A DNA stretch of 64,000 nucleotides. It comes from Dimorphilus gyrociliatus (lineage: Eukaryota; Animalia; Annelida). A program made the position numbers and the translations under genes. Within the stretch, counting starts at the first letter, position 1; every line of letters starts with the position of its first letter. Below the pieces are notes generated by a model that saw only the letters and a list, made by a program, of their open reading frames with translations, was not told where the DNA came from and ran no database searches. The stretch is taken from NCBI GenBank assembly GCA_904063045.1, contig CAJFCJ010000013.1, positions 1,098,156 to 1,162,155 on the forward strand, given 5' to 3'. Below are positions 35,301-47,439 of this stretch, in pieces.

Positions 35301-38300
35301 TCATCGCAAAGCCATCTTCGATTGTAACGAGTTAGTAAAAAAAACAATTTCTAATTATAATCTACCTTTCTTCATAATCTTATCCCTTTGCTCTAGAATA
35401 CTTCCTCGGGATGAAGATACAGAATCTGTAACACTTTCTTTAACGAAATATATTAGGAACGATGTTGCAATACCCATTGAGGAAGTAGAAGATCTCACAA
35501 AAACAGAAGGAAAGTGGAAAGTAACAACGTGGACCGGTGAAGAGGAGAATTCCAGTCCTTTACTACCCATTCACTTGGTTGTTTGTGGTTACACAAATAG
35601 TACAGAGTTGATCCCCTTGAGTTTGGAAGAGGATAAAAAACCTTTTGAATCTGGAGCAGAAGATAGTTTCGAGATCAATATGACAGCTGATACATCTTTT
35701 TATGGGGATTTCTTTAAGATAAGACTTGCATTTGATCAAGAAAATGAAAAACAGGACACCTCATGGTTCTTAAAAAAGGTTGAAGTTTTTTCTCGCCGAG
35801 GTTTTTATTAATGTGTTTTGTTTTGTTTTTTTGTATTTTTTTGATAGATAAAACTGGAAGATATGACCACCAGAGATTTTTTCATCTGCGAGTATAATGA
35901 TGTAATAAAACTTGATTCAGAAAAAGACGGATTAGTAGAGCTTCCTATCATTTGGCCTGCAATACCACCATTACCTAGCTTAAATTACGAAATTAAAGTA
36001 ACAACTGGCGATAGATTTAACGCCAGTATTGAAGGACCAATATATATTGAAATATACGGTGAAAATGGAGACTCAGGTAAAAGATGGTTAAAGAAATCTG
36101 ATCAAGAGACCATGTTCGCTCAGGGTCAAATCGATACTTTCACTATTCAAGCAGTTCATTTAGCAAAATTATCCAAAGTCGTTATTGGTCATGAACATGA
36201 GGAATCTGGTAAATTAAATTAAAATATTTTCTTTTCTATAAAAGAAAATTAATAAACATATTTACATTCTAGGCAAAGGCTGGTACTTAGAAAAAGTTGA
36301 GATAAAAGATGAAAAAGAAGATAAATTGTTCCTCTTTGAATGTAATAGGTGGTTAGATAAAGGAGAAGATGATAATGCTATCGAAAGAGAATTAATGCTA
36401 ACAGGAGATCCAATTGAAAAACCACCTGGAGAATTGTGGAAAATCTTCACTGTTAGTGGAGAAGAATTGACAGAAAATAAGAGCCAATTCCTTATCGCGA
36501 TCTATGGCTCAGAAAATAAAACTGAAGACTTGCTTTTGTGGGAATCGGAGGAATTTAAAAGTGGAGAATCTCAAGATTTCGAAGTACGTTTATCTTAAAT
36601 TATCATGTGTTATATCTTAATTCTCAAACAAAAATTTTTTAGTTGTTTACTGAAGTAGCTGTGGGTGAGCCATACAAGGTTCGAATTGGCTTTTCTGAAG
36701 ACAACAAAGATGATAAGCCGTCTTGGCTGTTCAAAGAGGTTTTGTCTCTTTATACCTAGCATTTCAAATTCAATTTTTTCAAATTATTTCTTCCTTATAG
36801 TTTAAGATGCAAAATATTAAAACGGGAACTGAATATAAATTCAAATGTGACGAAAGATCCTTTGCGATTACGGATGAAACCGATGGATGGATTGAATATC
36901 CAGTTTTAATCGAAGATGAAAATACTGATAAACAAAATAAAGATGAGGACAAACCCAACGAGGAGGAGAAAGACGATAAACCGAATAAAAGTGATGAGAA
37001 AGAGAAATCAAATGAAGAAAAAGCAAAAGAAAATGAAAAGGGTAAAGAGCCTGACGCAAGCCAGTCCGGAAGTAGTGAAAAATCTGAAAATGATGAAGAT
37101 CAGAAAGATACAGAAAATGATAAAGATAATAAAGAAAAAGAACAACTGGAAGGTACCTAATCTAACTATTGTTGAAAAATTATCAATTAATAAACTATTT
37201 TTTTGCAGTATATAAATATACTATATCAACGTTTACTGGTGATAAAGATGAATCAGGAACAGCAGCTAATGTATATCTTGAAATATACGGCAATAGAGGA
37301 GATACAGGAAGACGACGCTTGTTATCCTCTTCCGAATATGCTTTGGATAATTTCAAATCTGGTCAAAAGAATACTTTTATTGTTGAAGCCGTAGATTTAC
37401 TTGATTTAACTCATGTTTTGATTGGCCACGACGGAAAAGAACCTGGTAACGGTTGGTTTTTGAATAAAGTTGTTATTGAAGTTGAAACAAAAGGAGACGG
37501 CAATAAGAAATTTTTCTTCCCCTGTAATCGGTTAGTATTCTAAAAAATGTACACGTTTTAAAAGTACATGTTATTATTTTCTTTCATGCAGATGGCTTGA
37601 CGAGGGAGAAGACGACGGTTTAATAGAAAGAAAATTAGAAGTGAAACCTGAAGGTGAACCATGGCATTTTGATATCAAGACCGGTTCCGAAGAGGAGTCC
37701 GAAATAGAGGGAGAAGCAATTCTAATGTTGTACGGTGATAAAGGAAAATCTAAGCAGATAACTTTAAAACCTCCAAGTGGAAAGTTTGATATAAAGAGTA
37801 TTGAAAAGTTTGACACACTAGTTGAGTATGTTAATGATGAAATTGGTGAGTTATATAAGGTTATAGTTGGATTAGCCGAAAAAGAAGATTCAACCGAAAC
37901 TGTTCTATGGAAATTGAATCGTATTGTCGCGAAGAAGTTGGAAGAACTACCTGAACCCAACGATGATAACGAAAACGAACCACCTAAAGAAGATCCTAAT
38001 GAAGAAAAAGAAGATAATAAAAGTGATAACAAAACTGATGAGAATGGCTCGGATGAAGGTAAAAAAGACGATGACAAAAATGAAGATAATTCAAACAAAG
38101 AAAGTGATGAGAAGAAGAAGGACGACGAAGAAAATAAAGGAGATAAAGAGGAAGATAAAAAAGATGATAATGGAGATACTGATAAAGACGAAAACAAAGA
38201 AGATGCCGACGATGACATAGCTGACGATGAGCTTCTCTTCAAAGCCAACAAATGGCTAAAGTCATCACCAGAAACTGATAGTTGGCTAGAAATTCCGCTG

Positions 38301-40012
38301 TTTAAAAAGAATGCAGAAGAAATGCTGAAAATCTTAACATATACAATCGAAATTTATACATCCGATTTGGAAAATGCCGACACTGATGCTCAAGCCTTTA
38401 TTGAACTACGAGGAGAACGCGGTGACAGTCATAGAAGAAAACTAAAAAAAGGAAAGAGGAAAACAGGTTTTATCAATTTAAATGAATATATATTTAAATA
38501 GTTATACCTTAAATAAAATGAAAACCGCAGAGGGAGCATTATTTCGTAGAGGCCGACGAGATGTATTTGACATTGACTGCGTAGACTTGTCCGAACTAAA
38601 ATCCGTTTTACTTGGCCACAATAATGGAGGTTCAGCAAATGGATGGCACGTGAATAAAGTAGTAGTTAGAGAGAGAATGGAGACGAAGAAGAAATTTACT
38701 TTCAATTGCGACAAGTTAGATATTATTTTTTTATTCTTTTCTTTTTTATTTACATTTAAAAAACATCTATTAAATATAAATCCAAATCCTAGATGGTTCG
38801 ACGAGAATCAAGAAGAAAAACTAATTGAACGGGTCCTAGAACTTACCGAAGCCGTTGATGACGATGGTCCAAATGGTTTGCTTCGCATATTTTCTTTTTG
38901 ATATATTTGCATAGATTTAATTATAAAAATATTTTCAGAGGATGATTGGAAATTAACACTAGTAACTAGTGACAAAGAAAAGGCTGACACTGATGCTCAA
39001 GTCACATTAACGGTGTTTGGAGAAAATGGTAATTCCGGTCCTCTGCCGATAGCTGAACCAGGACAAGGATTATTCCAAAAGGGAGCGAAAGATGAAGTAG
39101 ATGTGAGAAATTTACATTCTTTAAAGAAAATTTAAAAAGTTAATAAAAATAAATTTTTGTAACAATTTTTTTTTCTAGATCTTAGTTGACTATAATGAAG
39201 TAGGCAAACTAACCAAGGTCCGTTTAGAGCATGACAATAGTAAAGGTAACGAAGAAAGCTCTTGGCATGTTGAAAAAATATTAATGGAAAATCTGCTAAG
39301 TGGAGACGAATTAGAATTCAAAGTTGATAAATGGTTGTCAGCCACCGAAGAAGAAGGAAACATTATGATTGAATTGTCTGCAGAATGGCCAGATAAAGAT
39401 CCTCTGGAAGGTTTGATATCTTATAATCTTGTCATTTCTTTGCGTTATATTTTTCTTTTTTATACTTAGTTAAAAAGTATGAAATAGCAATAAAGTATGG
39501 AAAAGATTCAAAGTTAGATAAAGGTCAATTAGATATTACACTATTCGATTCCGAGAGTAATGATTCTGGGAAGAGACTCATATTTAAGAAAAAAGATGGA
39601 GAAAAACCAGATTTCAAAGAAGAGACGGTATTTACTTAAAATGAACTTATGGTCAAGGTAATATGCTTTTCATTCATTTCAGGAAGAAGAGTTTGTAATT
39701 GAGGCCGTAGGTTTGCAAGATATTCAAGCGATAACAGTAGGGTTACAGGGTGAGGATGATAAGGTCTTTATTGAAACAGTGTCTGTTAAGGATCCAGATG
39801 AAAAGATTGAGAGCTTCGAATGCAACGAGTAAGTCCATTTAATTCAAGTATAATGTAAATAAGAAAACTGTTTGTATAGGATGATCGAGTCAAAGGGTGA
39901 AAGAACCGAAAAAAAGTTGGAAAAGAAAAACGAAGATGACGATAAAAAGGAAGATGATAAGGAAGATGATAAGGAAAAGGATGGTGACGAAGGTGACAGC
40001 AAAGACAAATAA
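23315..40012 (+). CDS. Giant RP1/LOXHD1-like protein: 2 doublecortin domains, beta-trefoil region, 22 PLAT/LH2 repeats, acidic inserts
   Basis: First coding exon 23315-24209 has two DCX-like domains (CFFYKDGD...LPFGVRSIYTPRG...LENEGRYVCS; IIIVRNGD...VHALWTPQGEKV...GDTYVVA). Many short exons follow, encoding PLAT repeats (e.g. [31 protein letters not shown]...IGHD...GWYLDKV...WLDEGEGD). 26200-27212 is trefoil-like. Last exon 39880-40012 ends ...DGDEGDSKDK*. Individual junctions were assigned by eye. Confidence 0.9.
30092..30682 (-). CDS. Nested antisense ORF (196 aa), predicted disordered, with repeated LC8-type (S/A/V/I)-Q-T motifs
   Basis: Lies in the 786-nt intron 30115-30900 of the PLAT gene; the + strand has no continuous frame there. 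AAAATG start context. Motifs DAAVQE, KSTQIE, KQVQTT, TAIQTI, VAVQTD. Confidence 0.65.
   Translation of the reverse strand: MSSVSGQCSESTTEEVNSSKIKGGAFSKVPLLSVNKGGKDCLHLPTRYFEGFPLARINPPVVQEVDKPSTRDAAVQEDDGRISPLVTNPKICFITKADKSTQIERSTINYKQVQTTEVQKVCTAIQTIESGEERKRNKGPVRFFSCNVAVQTDEKMTDYQPPKRLENFKSKLGRLTKKVSGVNIGGNHLLDSGGGS
36910..37150 (+). repeat. Coding low-complexity D/E/K/N-rich insert within the PLAT gene
   Basis: Purine-rich GAA/AAA/GAT codon runs (EDENTDKQNKDEDKPNEEEKDDK...). Confidence 0.85.
37960..38225 (+). repeat. Coding low-complexity D/E/K/N-rich insert within the PLAT gene
   Basis: PNDDNENEPPKEDPNEEKEDNKSDNKTDENGSDEGKKDDDK...DADDD. Confidence 0.85.
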
Positions 40013-40106
40013 AGACTTACATATTATTTTCTACATTGTGAAACCTTTGCCATATAAATTATTTTTAGTAGTAATGTTATATTTTGTAAGCACAAATATA
40101 AAAGTA

Positions 40107-41332
40107 TTAATCAGAGCGTCCGCGAAAATCCACTGTTTTATATGGAAATATGAGATCATGATAGCCAATGCTCCAACAGTCTCCGTGCTTATGGGTGTCA
40201 CTAGTTTTATCATTGATTCTTACGACTTTGTCAGTTATGAATTCCATTCGAGATCTTGCTACGTGTCCAAATACTCCAGATATAAATGGATCAAACAGTC
40301 CATCAGTTTCAATATTTCTCAAACGAACATCTAAACACAATCCGTCTTCGCTTCTAACAGCCTCTGCTAAGATTGTACGAATAGGAGTTGTCTGACGAAT
40401 GAATAGCGTTGCCCCGACTATTGTAAATTGAAAACCAATTGACGCTTCAGTCAAGTAGGCATATTCTTCTGTTCCAATCCAATTCGCTACAACTTCTTCA
40501 TCGTTCAGACGTACCTTTGATCCGGTAACAGTTGTGTTACTAAAAGGTGTTTTGAGATTTAGCTCTGAGACACACTTCTTATCGGATACTGTAATGCTAA
40601 CGCTAAAAGCTGTTCGAGAGTCGTGATATATTTCAACTATATCCCAGGGAACTGCAGCTATCTCATAACAGACTTTTCGCTGTAAAGAACCAAGGCCTAT
40701 CGACTGAATTATATGGGTTGTTGAATCGGTATCATGATCTTCGTGATCGTTATCAACGATACTGATTTTAGTAGTGCAAGGTGAGACCATAAAAGCTCCT
40801 TTTGTCCCGTGACCGCCTCCCTCACCTTTTTCGTAGCATTTCAAATGAAGCTAAACAGAATAAAAGTGAATTTTAATTAATAAATACTATATAATTAACG
40901 TAAAATATTCCTACCGAAATTAATTCATCAACTTCGTGCTCTTTATCATCCAGAATAGTTACTCCATACACAGCTATGGGATTTGTTGACGTGATACGAA
41001 ATTTAGACTCTTCTTCTAGCTTGTAATCTTCCCCACAGGTAGCACTGCCTCCACTTTCAAAAATTTGACATTCGTACCAAGTATTCTCTGTCATAATACC
41101 ATTGGTAGGTCCAATTTCAACATGAACCTTCCCATACTGTTCTCTGACCTTCAAATTTGTTTGACGAAATCCAACGTGGAAGACAGCTATCAAAGTACAA
41201 AATTAGTTATAAAATATCCAATAATAACTTTTCTACATATAAAAAAATGTAAATAGTTTACAACAGTTTATAACACTTACCTTGGGCATAGGTGAAGGTG
41301 AGAAACACAAGCAAGATTTTCGTCCTCGTCAT
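40107..41332 (-). CDS. Secreted protein with a Calx-beta domain and a C-terminal ITIH-C/VWD-like domain
   Basis: Exons 41281-41332 (signal-peptide-like MTRTKILLVFLTFTYAQ), ~40913-41186 and 40107-40850. Calx-beta signature: VREQYGKVHVEI...GGSATCGEDY...VTILDDKEHEVDELI. The C-terminal similarity (VCYEI...LDVRLRN...ISGVFGHV) was recognised by eye only. Confidence 0.75.
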
Positions 41333-41839
41333 TGCAGGGACAGCTACGAATACTCACCAAAAGTAAAATGTCGGAAAGTAATTATTTTCTACTCAACATA
41401 ATAAAAAATAATTCTGTATTCAAGAACTCAACGTTTTTTAAGATAGTCATGTACAATACAAGTATTCATATATTCATATTAAAATAAATACAAACGATGA
41501 ATAATCATCAAGTACAAGTAAAACTTTCTTTTCTAATTTAACAAACGAACTTATTACAAAAGGGGACGGAAAATTATAATTGTTCGAAAATAGAGCTCTT
41601 TCTAACATTATTATTGTTAAATTGTTCGTACAGTTTAGCAAAAGATAAAAACAAACAAAAAAATAAATAATCTTTTAATATTTCATAAATTTTCCTCAAA
41701 TAAGCTAGTTGTTAACTTTTAGTTTTAAGTAGACATTTTAATTACTATTTGCCATTAGAACTACTTTATTACTTTGATTATAATTTGCATAGAAAGCTGT
41801 ATACAGAGATAGAGACTAGACAATCTTTTTTCATAATTT

Positions 41840-42650
41840 CTAAGTTTGCATTTTGATTACAGAACCTGTTTTTTTATCCAAAAAGAGACCACGAATTAAT
41901 AAAAGCGTTGTTAAAGATACAGATACCACGACGAAAAGATGAATGCTTGACCTGTTCAAAAAAAGAAACCACAATAGAATTATTCTTTCTCTAGAATATT
42001 CTGTTCTATTTAGAACTTACCAAAAATTTACTACTTCGAAGTTCTCTTCCTGCTGACTTCTATCCCTAGCTTCACCTATTTTAATATCACTTTGAATTTG
42101 TATACTCTTCTCCAAATTTTTTCTAATATCTTCAGTTATTTTTTTAAAATTCTTTTGACTAATTCCGAAAACGGATTCGTCTGTTTCGTCTTCACTTCCA
42201 GTCTTTTCTCGTTCAAAATCAAGTCTTTCTTCTGCTTCTTCAATGATTAATTGAAAAAAGACTTTTTTGGCGGAAAATTGGCTGAATGTATTATCGAAGC
42301 AAAATGAGTAAACGCCCTCGGCAGCTGCATGTAAATCATGCCTATTTCTTTGCTCTTGATAATCGGCTACTAAATCTTGACCTTCAGTATCTTGTGCGTT
42401 AAAAGAAATGTCGTGATTTCCTCCTTCGATAACCTAAAAGTGAATTTTTGATCAAATCAATCATTTGAAAATAATAAAGTCATACCTGATATTCCGCAGT
42501 GAACCTTTGACCAGTTTTAATTCGATGGTAAAAGCAATCACGTTTAACAGGCATAATTTCGAACGTCAGTTCATTTTCATAACATGATAATTTCCCTGAT
42601 AGTATACTTATACAAACAATAAACAAACTCTTCACTACATTTATACCCAT
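41840..42650 (-). CDS. p24/TMED family cargo receptor (GOLD domain), TMED1/5-like
   Basis: Three exons give MGINVVKSLFIVCISILSGKLSCYENELTFEIMPVKRDCFY...EYQVIEGGNHDISF...GVYSFCFDNTFSQFSAKKVFF...coiled coil...VNFWSSIHLFVVVSVSLTTLLLIRGLF...KMQT*. Confidence 0.9.
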
Positions 42651-42720
42651 TTTAAAAACTTTTTAGGCGAATCGGCCGGAGCGATATATAGAGCTGAGCG
42701 AAAGACAGAAATTAGTTTTG

Positions 42721-42730
42721 GCGCATGCGC
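42721..42730. promoter_or_regulatory. NRF1-like palindrome GCGCATGCGC in the TMED/MASTL bidirectional promoter
   Basis: Exact palindrome 70 bp upstream of the TMED ATG; the two ATGs are 566 bp apart, head-to-head. Confidence 0.45.
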
Positions 42731-43216
42731 TAAGGTCCAATTCCGATTGAAATCAAGCCAAGCATTTTAAGTAAATAGATCGTCGTACCTACTCTGATAA
42801 GAAGTATTAAAAGCTTTTTATAGATTATTTCTCGCAGTCCCTTCTTTATCAGTGGTTGTTTATAGCTGAAAGAAGACCATTTATGTAAAAAGAAAATAAA
42901 GCGCAAATTCAAAATCAAGTCATATTTACATACAAGTTTTATTAAAGTCAATAATTATGTCAACGATGGCTTAGTTTTGTTCCTAAACAAATAAGATTTC
43001 TTCTAAAGCAAAAAAACATATTATCATATTTTTACGATTCCTCTAGTATATCACACTCTCTTCAGAGTTTAGTATTAACGGAAGTAGTAAATTGAAAATA
43101 TCCATTTCCGGAAATTTCATTGACACTTTTGAAATGTTGTTAAAATGAATTCGCTAAAACAAGAGTATTCAAGCACCGATTTTGTGGATAAATACTGTGA
43201 AAATAAGCGACAAGAT

Positions 43217-45276
43217 ATGAACGATGTATGTGATCACGAATCAGATCGAAGGAAATCGGTTAATAGGAAGAGTTTGAATAAAAACGTAGGCTAAATTTTT
43301 AAAATATTTCTATTCAACTGAATTAATTAAATTTCTTTTTCACAAAAATTAGAATAAAGCACCCCAAATACAAGATTTTAATGTCATCAAACCCATAAGT
43401 AAAGGTGCTTTCGGGTAATTATGATAATTTCTAGTTATATTAATATTCTATCTCTTTTCAAAACTAATCAAAAACAGAAAAGTTTATTTGGGGTGCAGAA
43501 AAGATGGTGATGGAACGAAATATGCAATAAAAGTTATGAGAAAAGAGGACGTAATTAAAAAAAATATGATAAACCAAGGTATATTTTACAATTCACTTCC
43601 ATTAATTGCTTATTATGACTGTGTATCCTATATCTATGTATATATATATATATATATACATATATTGATTAGTTATTGCGGAAAGAAATGCCATGGCCGT
43701 GTCAAGAAATGTTTTTATTGTTCACCTATATTACACTCTGCAAAGCAATGATACCTTGTACTTTGTAAGTTTAAAATAGCATATTGTAAAAGTGTCAATT
43801 CCTACTAGCATGATTTATTCTTAGATTATGGAATATATGATAGGAGGAGATTTAAAATCATTGCTCACAGTTTTCGAATGTTTTCCAATGGGTATGGTAC
43901 AATTCTATGCAGCGGAAATAATAAGAGCCCTAGAATATTTACACTCGAAGCACATTGTACACAGGGACTTGAAACCGGACAACGTATTAATCTCGGCTAC
44001 AGGACATCTAAAATTAACTGATTTTGGATTATCAGAAGTTAGAGAGTACAATGATCTATCGGTTATAGATGTTATAAACACACCTGCCAGAAACCGTACA
44101 GTTCAACATTCAAGGTTCCTCAGAACACCTGGTCAGGTACTTTCTCTAACAATGCATCTTGCTTTTGATGAGACTCCTAAGCGTCATACATCGGCTTCTG
44201 TTACTCACGACTCACTTCGTAGACGTACAGTTCAGTCTCCCTTAAGAAAAAGGCACCTTTCACGAGTCTGTGCCTCACCAGCTTTATCTAGGTGTCAGAA
44301 AATTGATTCTTACCCACCACCTTCGTCTACGTCTTCATTATCTGACAGTTTAAACATAGCATACAGACGTTCAACCGTTTCATCCGTTAACGTGTCTGCT
44401 TTTTCTAAAGACTCTAGCACTGATCAATCGGAAGTGTTTACACGAGCATCCTGCAGCCTCTCCCCTGACAGATTTCATAAATGGTCTAAAGGAGACACTG
44501 GAGTGGATGTTTTCCCTATTATCGAGTTGGAAGAACTCGAATCTAATAGGGGAGACAAAACTAATCGCCGAGTAAGACATCATGTATCATCAAACGAATG
44601 TAGTGAAGATGATGATGATTTAAGCGGTATACCTTGTGACTTGGATTTATTGCCCGATTGTCTCGAAAGCGACCAAGATTCCGTTTGCGAGAAAATGGAA
44701 AACCTGAACATTTCACCTTCAGATATAAAGGCTGAAAATACATCAACAGAGAAGGGTGAAAATTCCCGTTTTAGAGTTATGGGTACACCCGACTATTTAG
44801 CCCCAGAATTACTTCTTGGTTCAAATCACGGTCCTGCTGTTGATTTTTGGGCTTTAGGAGTCTGCATTTATGAATTTATATTTGGTTTTCCACCTTTTAA
44901 TGATAGTACCGTGCACGATGTGTTTAATAATATATTAAGGAGGGACATAGCTTTTCCGGAGGATACCAATGAAAATGGTCTGGCATGTCAGAAAGTTATT
45001 GAAAGTCTATTATCGGTAGATCCTGAAAAAAGGCCTAATTCAAGTTCATTACGAAGTCATGCCTTTTTTTCGAATATAGATTTTGAGCACGTTCACGAAA
45101 TGATTGCCCCATTTATACCTCAGCCAGATGACGATACAGATACAAGCTATTTTGAACGTAAGTGAAAGAAAGTTTACTTTCGCTATTTCCTTAGTATTTT
45201 AAATCGCTTTTATAATCAATTTACAGCACGAAATAACCTAAGAAACATTGCCATGAATTCGGGATTAGATTTATAA
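43217..45276 (+). CDS. MASTL: Greatwall/MASTL serine/threonine kinase
   Basis: Spliced ORF: QDFNVIKPISKGAFGKVYLG, AIKVM, VIAERNAMA, MEYMIGGDLKSLL, HRDLKPDN, LTDFGLS, RTPGQVLSL, long non-conserved middle insert, GTPDYLAPE, VDFWALG, PFIPQPDDDTDTSYFE. Last exon 45227-45276. Confidence 0.95.
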
Positions 45277-45849
45277 GAAGACCTAGTAAAAACTTTTTCT
45301 GCAGATATATTAATCATGTTGCAACAGTATATTATAAATTTTTCGTTTGCTCGATAATTAGTGAAATAAAAGTAATTTGACCAAAACATACAATGTATAA
45401 AAGGAAAAATATGATTCTGGTAAGAATACTAATCGCTTAATACATTTTGTAGCTCTAATATCATATACATTTACTTATATATACATAAACACATTTATAT
45501 AACATATTCACGTATATATCAAATGATATGTAAAGAATTAGTAAATAATCTATTAAAAAAAGCTTTACTTTTATAAAGGCCTATTCTGTGGGTAATATTC
45601 ATATATTACTTGGCATAAATTTCTTTTTGCACTTCTTAAATCGACATAAAAAATATTCCCATATACATCTGAATAATCAAAGACAATATATAAAAATAAG
45701 GAAGTATATCTTACAGATTTAATGCAATCAGCTTTTCTTTTGATTTTTTTACTCAAAAACTAATTAAAAGTTAATTTTTCAGTTGATCAAAAGAATAATT
45801 AGGTATTTATTTTTTATTTCATTTTTATTTCTGCGTAGATACATGAAAT

Positions 45850-46350
45850 ATATTTCATTGCTAATATATTGAATTATCAGCATATTATTTTTATCTCTTA
45901 TCTGGTTCTCTTCCTTCTGTTTTAAAGTATATGATTTATATAGCCGTCGTGCATATTAGGAATTGTACTGTTATATTTTCATCATCTCCCCTCTTTGACT
46001 GTCAATTGCTGTTAACAGCAGTACGCTGAAAATTCACCAATAAATCTGTCTATTTAGACTGTAAAGATAGCCGAAAATGTAACCATTCTTAATTATATAT
46101 TAGTTGTCCCGTTGTGCAACGCTGTGAAAGTATATTGGAGGCGTTAGATTAGATATTAAACATTTGAGGTATAAATCTAATCTTGTTGATAGCTTTTCAC
46201 ATCCATTCGTCCTTGAATGATACGCTTTATTATTAATCCTCTAAACCCAAGTCGGATTTGTAAATTAATTTTTCCCTCCAATTAATTAATACTCTTAACA
46301 GATAATTTGCTAGCGAATTGTGAAATGGTTAGAATACCTTTCCCATGATT
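45850..46350 (-). mobile_element. Possible decayed Tc1/mariner transposase fragment
   Basis: GC-elevated intergenic patch. Broken minus-strand frames give GFRGLIIKRIIQGRMDVKSYQQD* and AQRDN*, loosely like the Tc1 DDE region (G.G.L..I.G.M....Y...L / QQDN). No TIRs found. Confidence 0.25.
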
Positions 46351-47439
46351 TGGTATACAAAAGAAATTGAAACCTTTCTTAAATAGTCTATATTTTAGCT
46401 GAAGTTAAGTTAAACCAGAGAATGAAAAAGATTATCATATGGAAAATAAGACTTATTACACTATAAAAGGAAAATGTTAATTTTTACGTTTTCGTCTATA
46501 TAACAAACATAACTTAAGTAATAAAATGGGACATGAAACAGTCTCATTCTTCTTCAGAAAATAAAATTATGTGACAGAAGAAAGCCCATTTACTATATTA
46601 CAAACTATATAATTTCTTTAGGCATAAATTGTACCCCAAAATTTGTATACTTATACATTTATTCATTACTATAAAATTAAATTGACTTTGAGCTTAAAAT
46701 TAATGATAAGATTGTAAAAAAAAAAGACAAAAAGAATGTAACATATAAAATACTTCTACTTTATTCTTTTTTGTTCCAAATACGTATATAGCATTGGCTT
46801 ATTTAATAAGAGAAGCTAATAATATTAAGCTGAACTTTAGATTTAATAATTAATTAACAAAATTAATTCTACTTTTTTTTTGATACAATTAAAGATTCTG
46901 TTTTTAGATAGACGTACAATTTGCTTTTGTTCCTCTTAAAAAGCTGTTTAGCGCTTGTGTTCATATTTATAAACAGTTTACATAAAAAAAAATGTATATA
47001 CAATTATACCTCAATAAAAATCATCAATTTGTATAAAAAATAAAAATTCCAGGGTTTTGGAGCAAAGATTTCCAAATCGTTCTTTTTTAGACTATAATAC
47101 AGCTCAAATCAATTAATTTGCCCTGAAACAGTGCTGGAAGAAGGTTTCCATAAAATTGAGCCAATTTATTACCTTCAAACGAACTTCGTAAAATGACTTT
47201 TGTCACTTTATTGATTAACCCAATTATTATAATCGATTAATTAACAAAATTAGGCATTTATAAAAGAATAAAGGCCTATATAAATTTAGATCATAATTCA
47301 CCGCTAGGTGCGTCCGGTGCGCTCACTTGTGCTCAGTATTTAGTACAGGCGGGTCGACATCTGACCATCGGGGGCGTCCATCTTGCTGAAGAAAATTGCC
47401 GGTTAACTGTTCAAGGAAGCTTTGTAGTAAGCAAAAGAC

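Noticed and set aside
37574-38251. 225-aa Ser/Phe/Leu-rich minus-strand ORF, plus similar ORFs at 28211-28534, 30977-31201, 36262-36450 and 36868-37059
   Set aside because: Antisense shadows of GAA/GAT/AAA-rich + strand PLAT-gene exons. The 30092-30682 ORF differs because it has no coding partner on the + strand.
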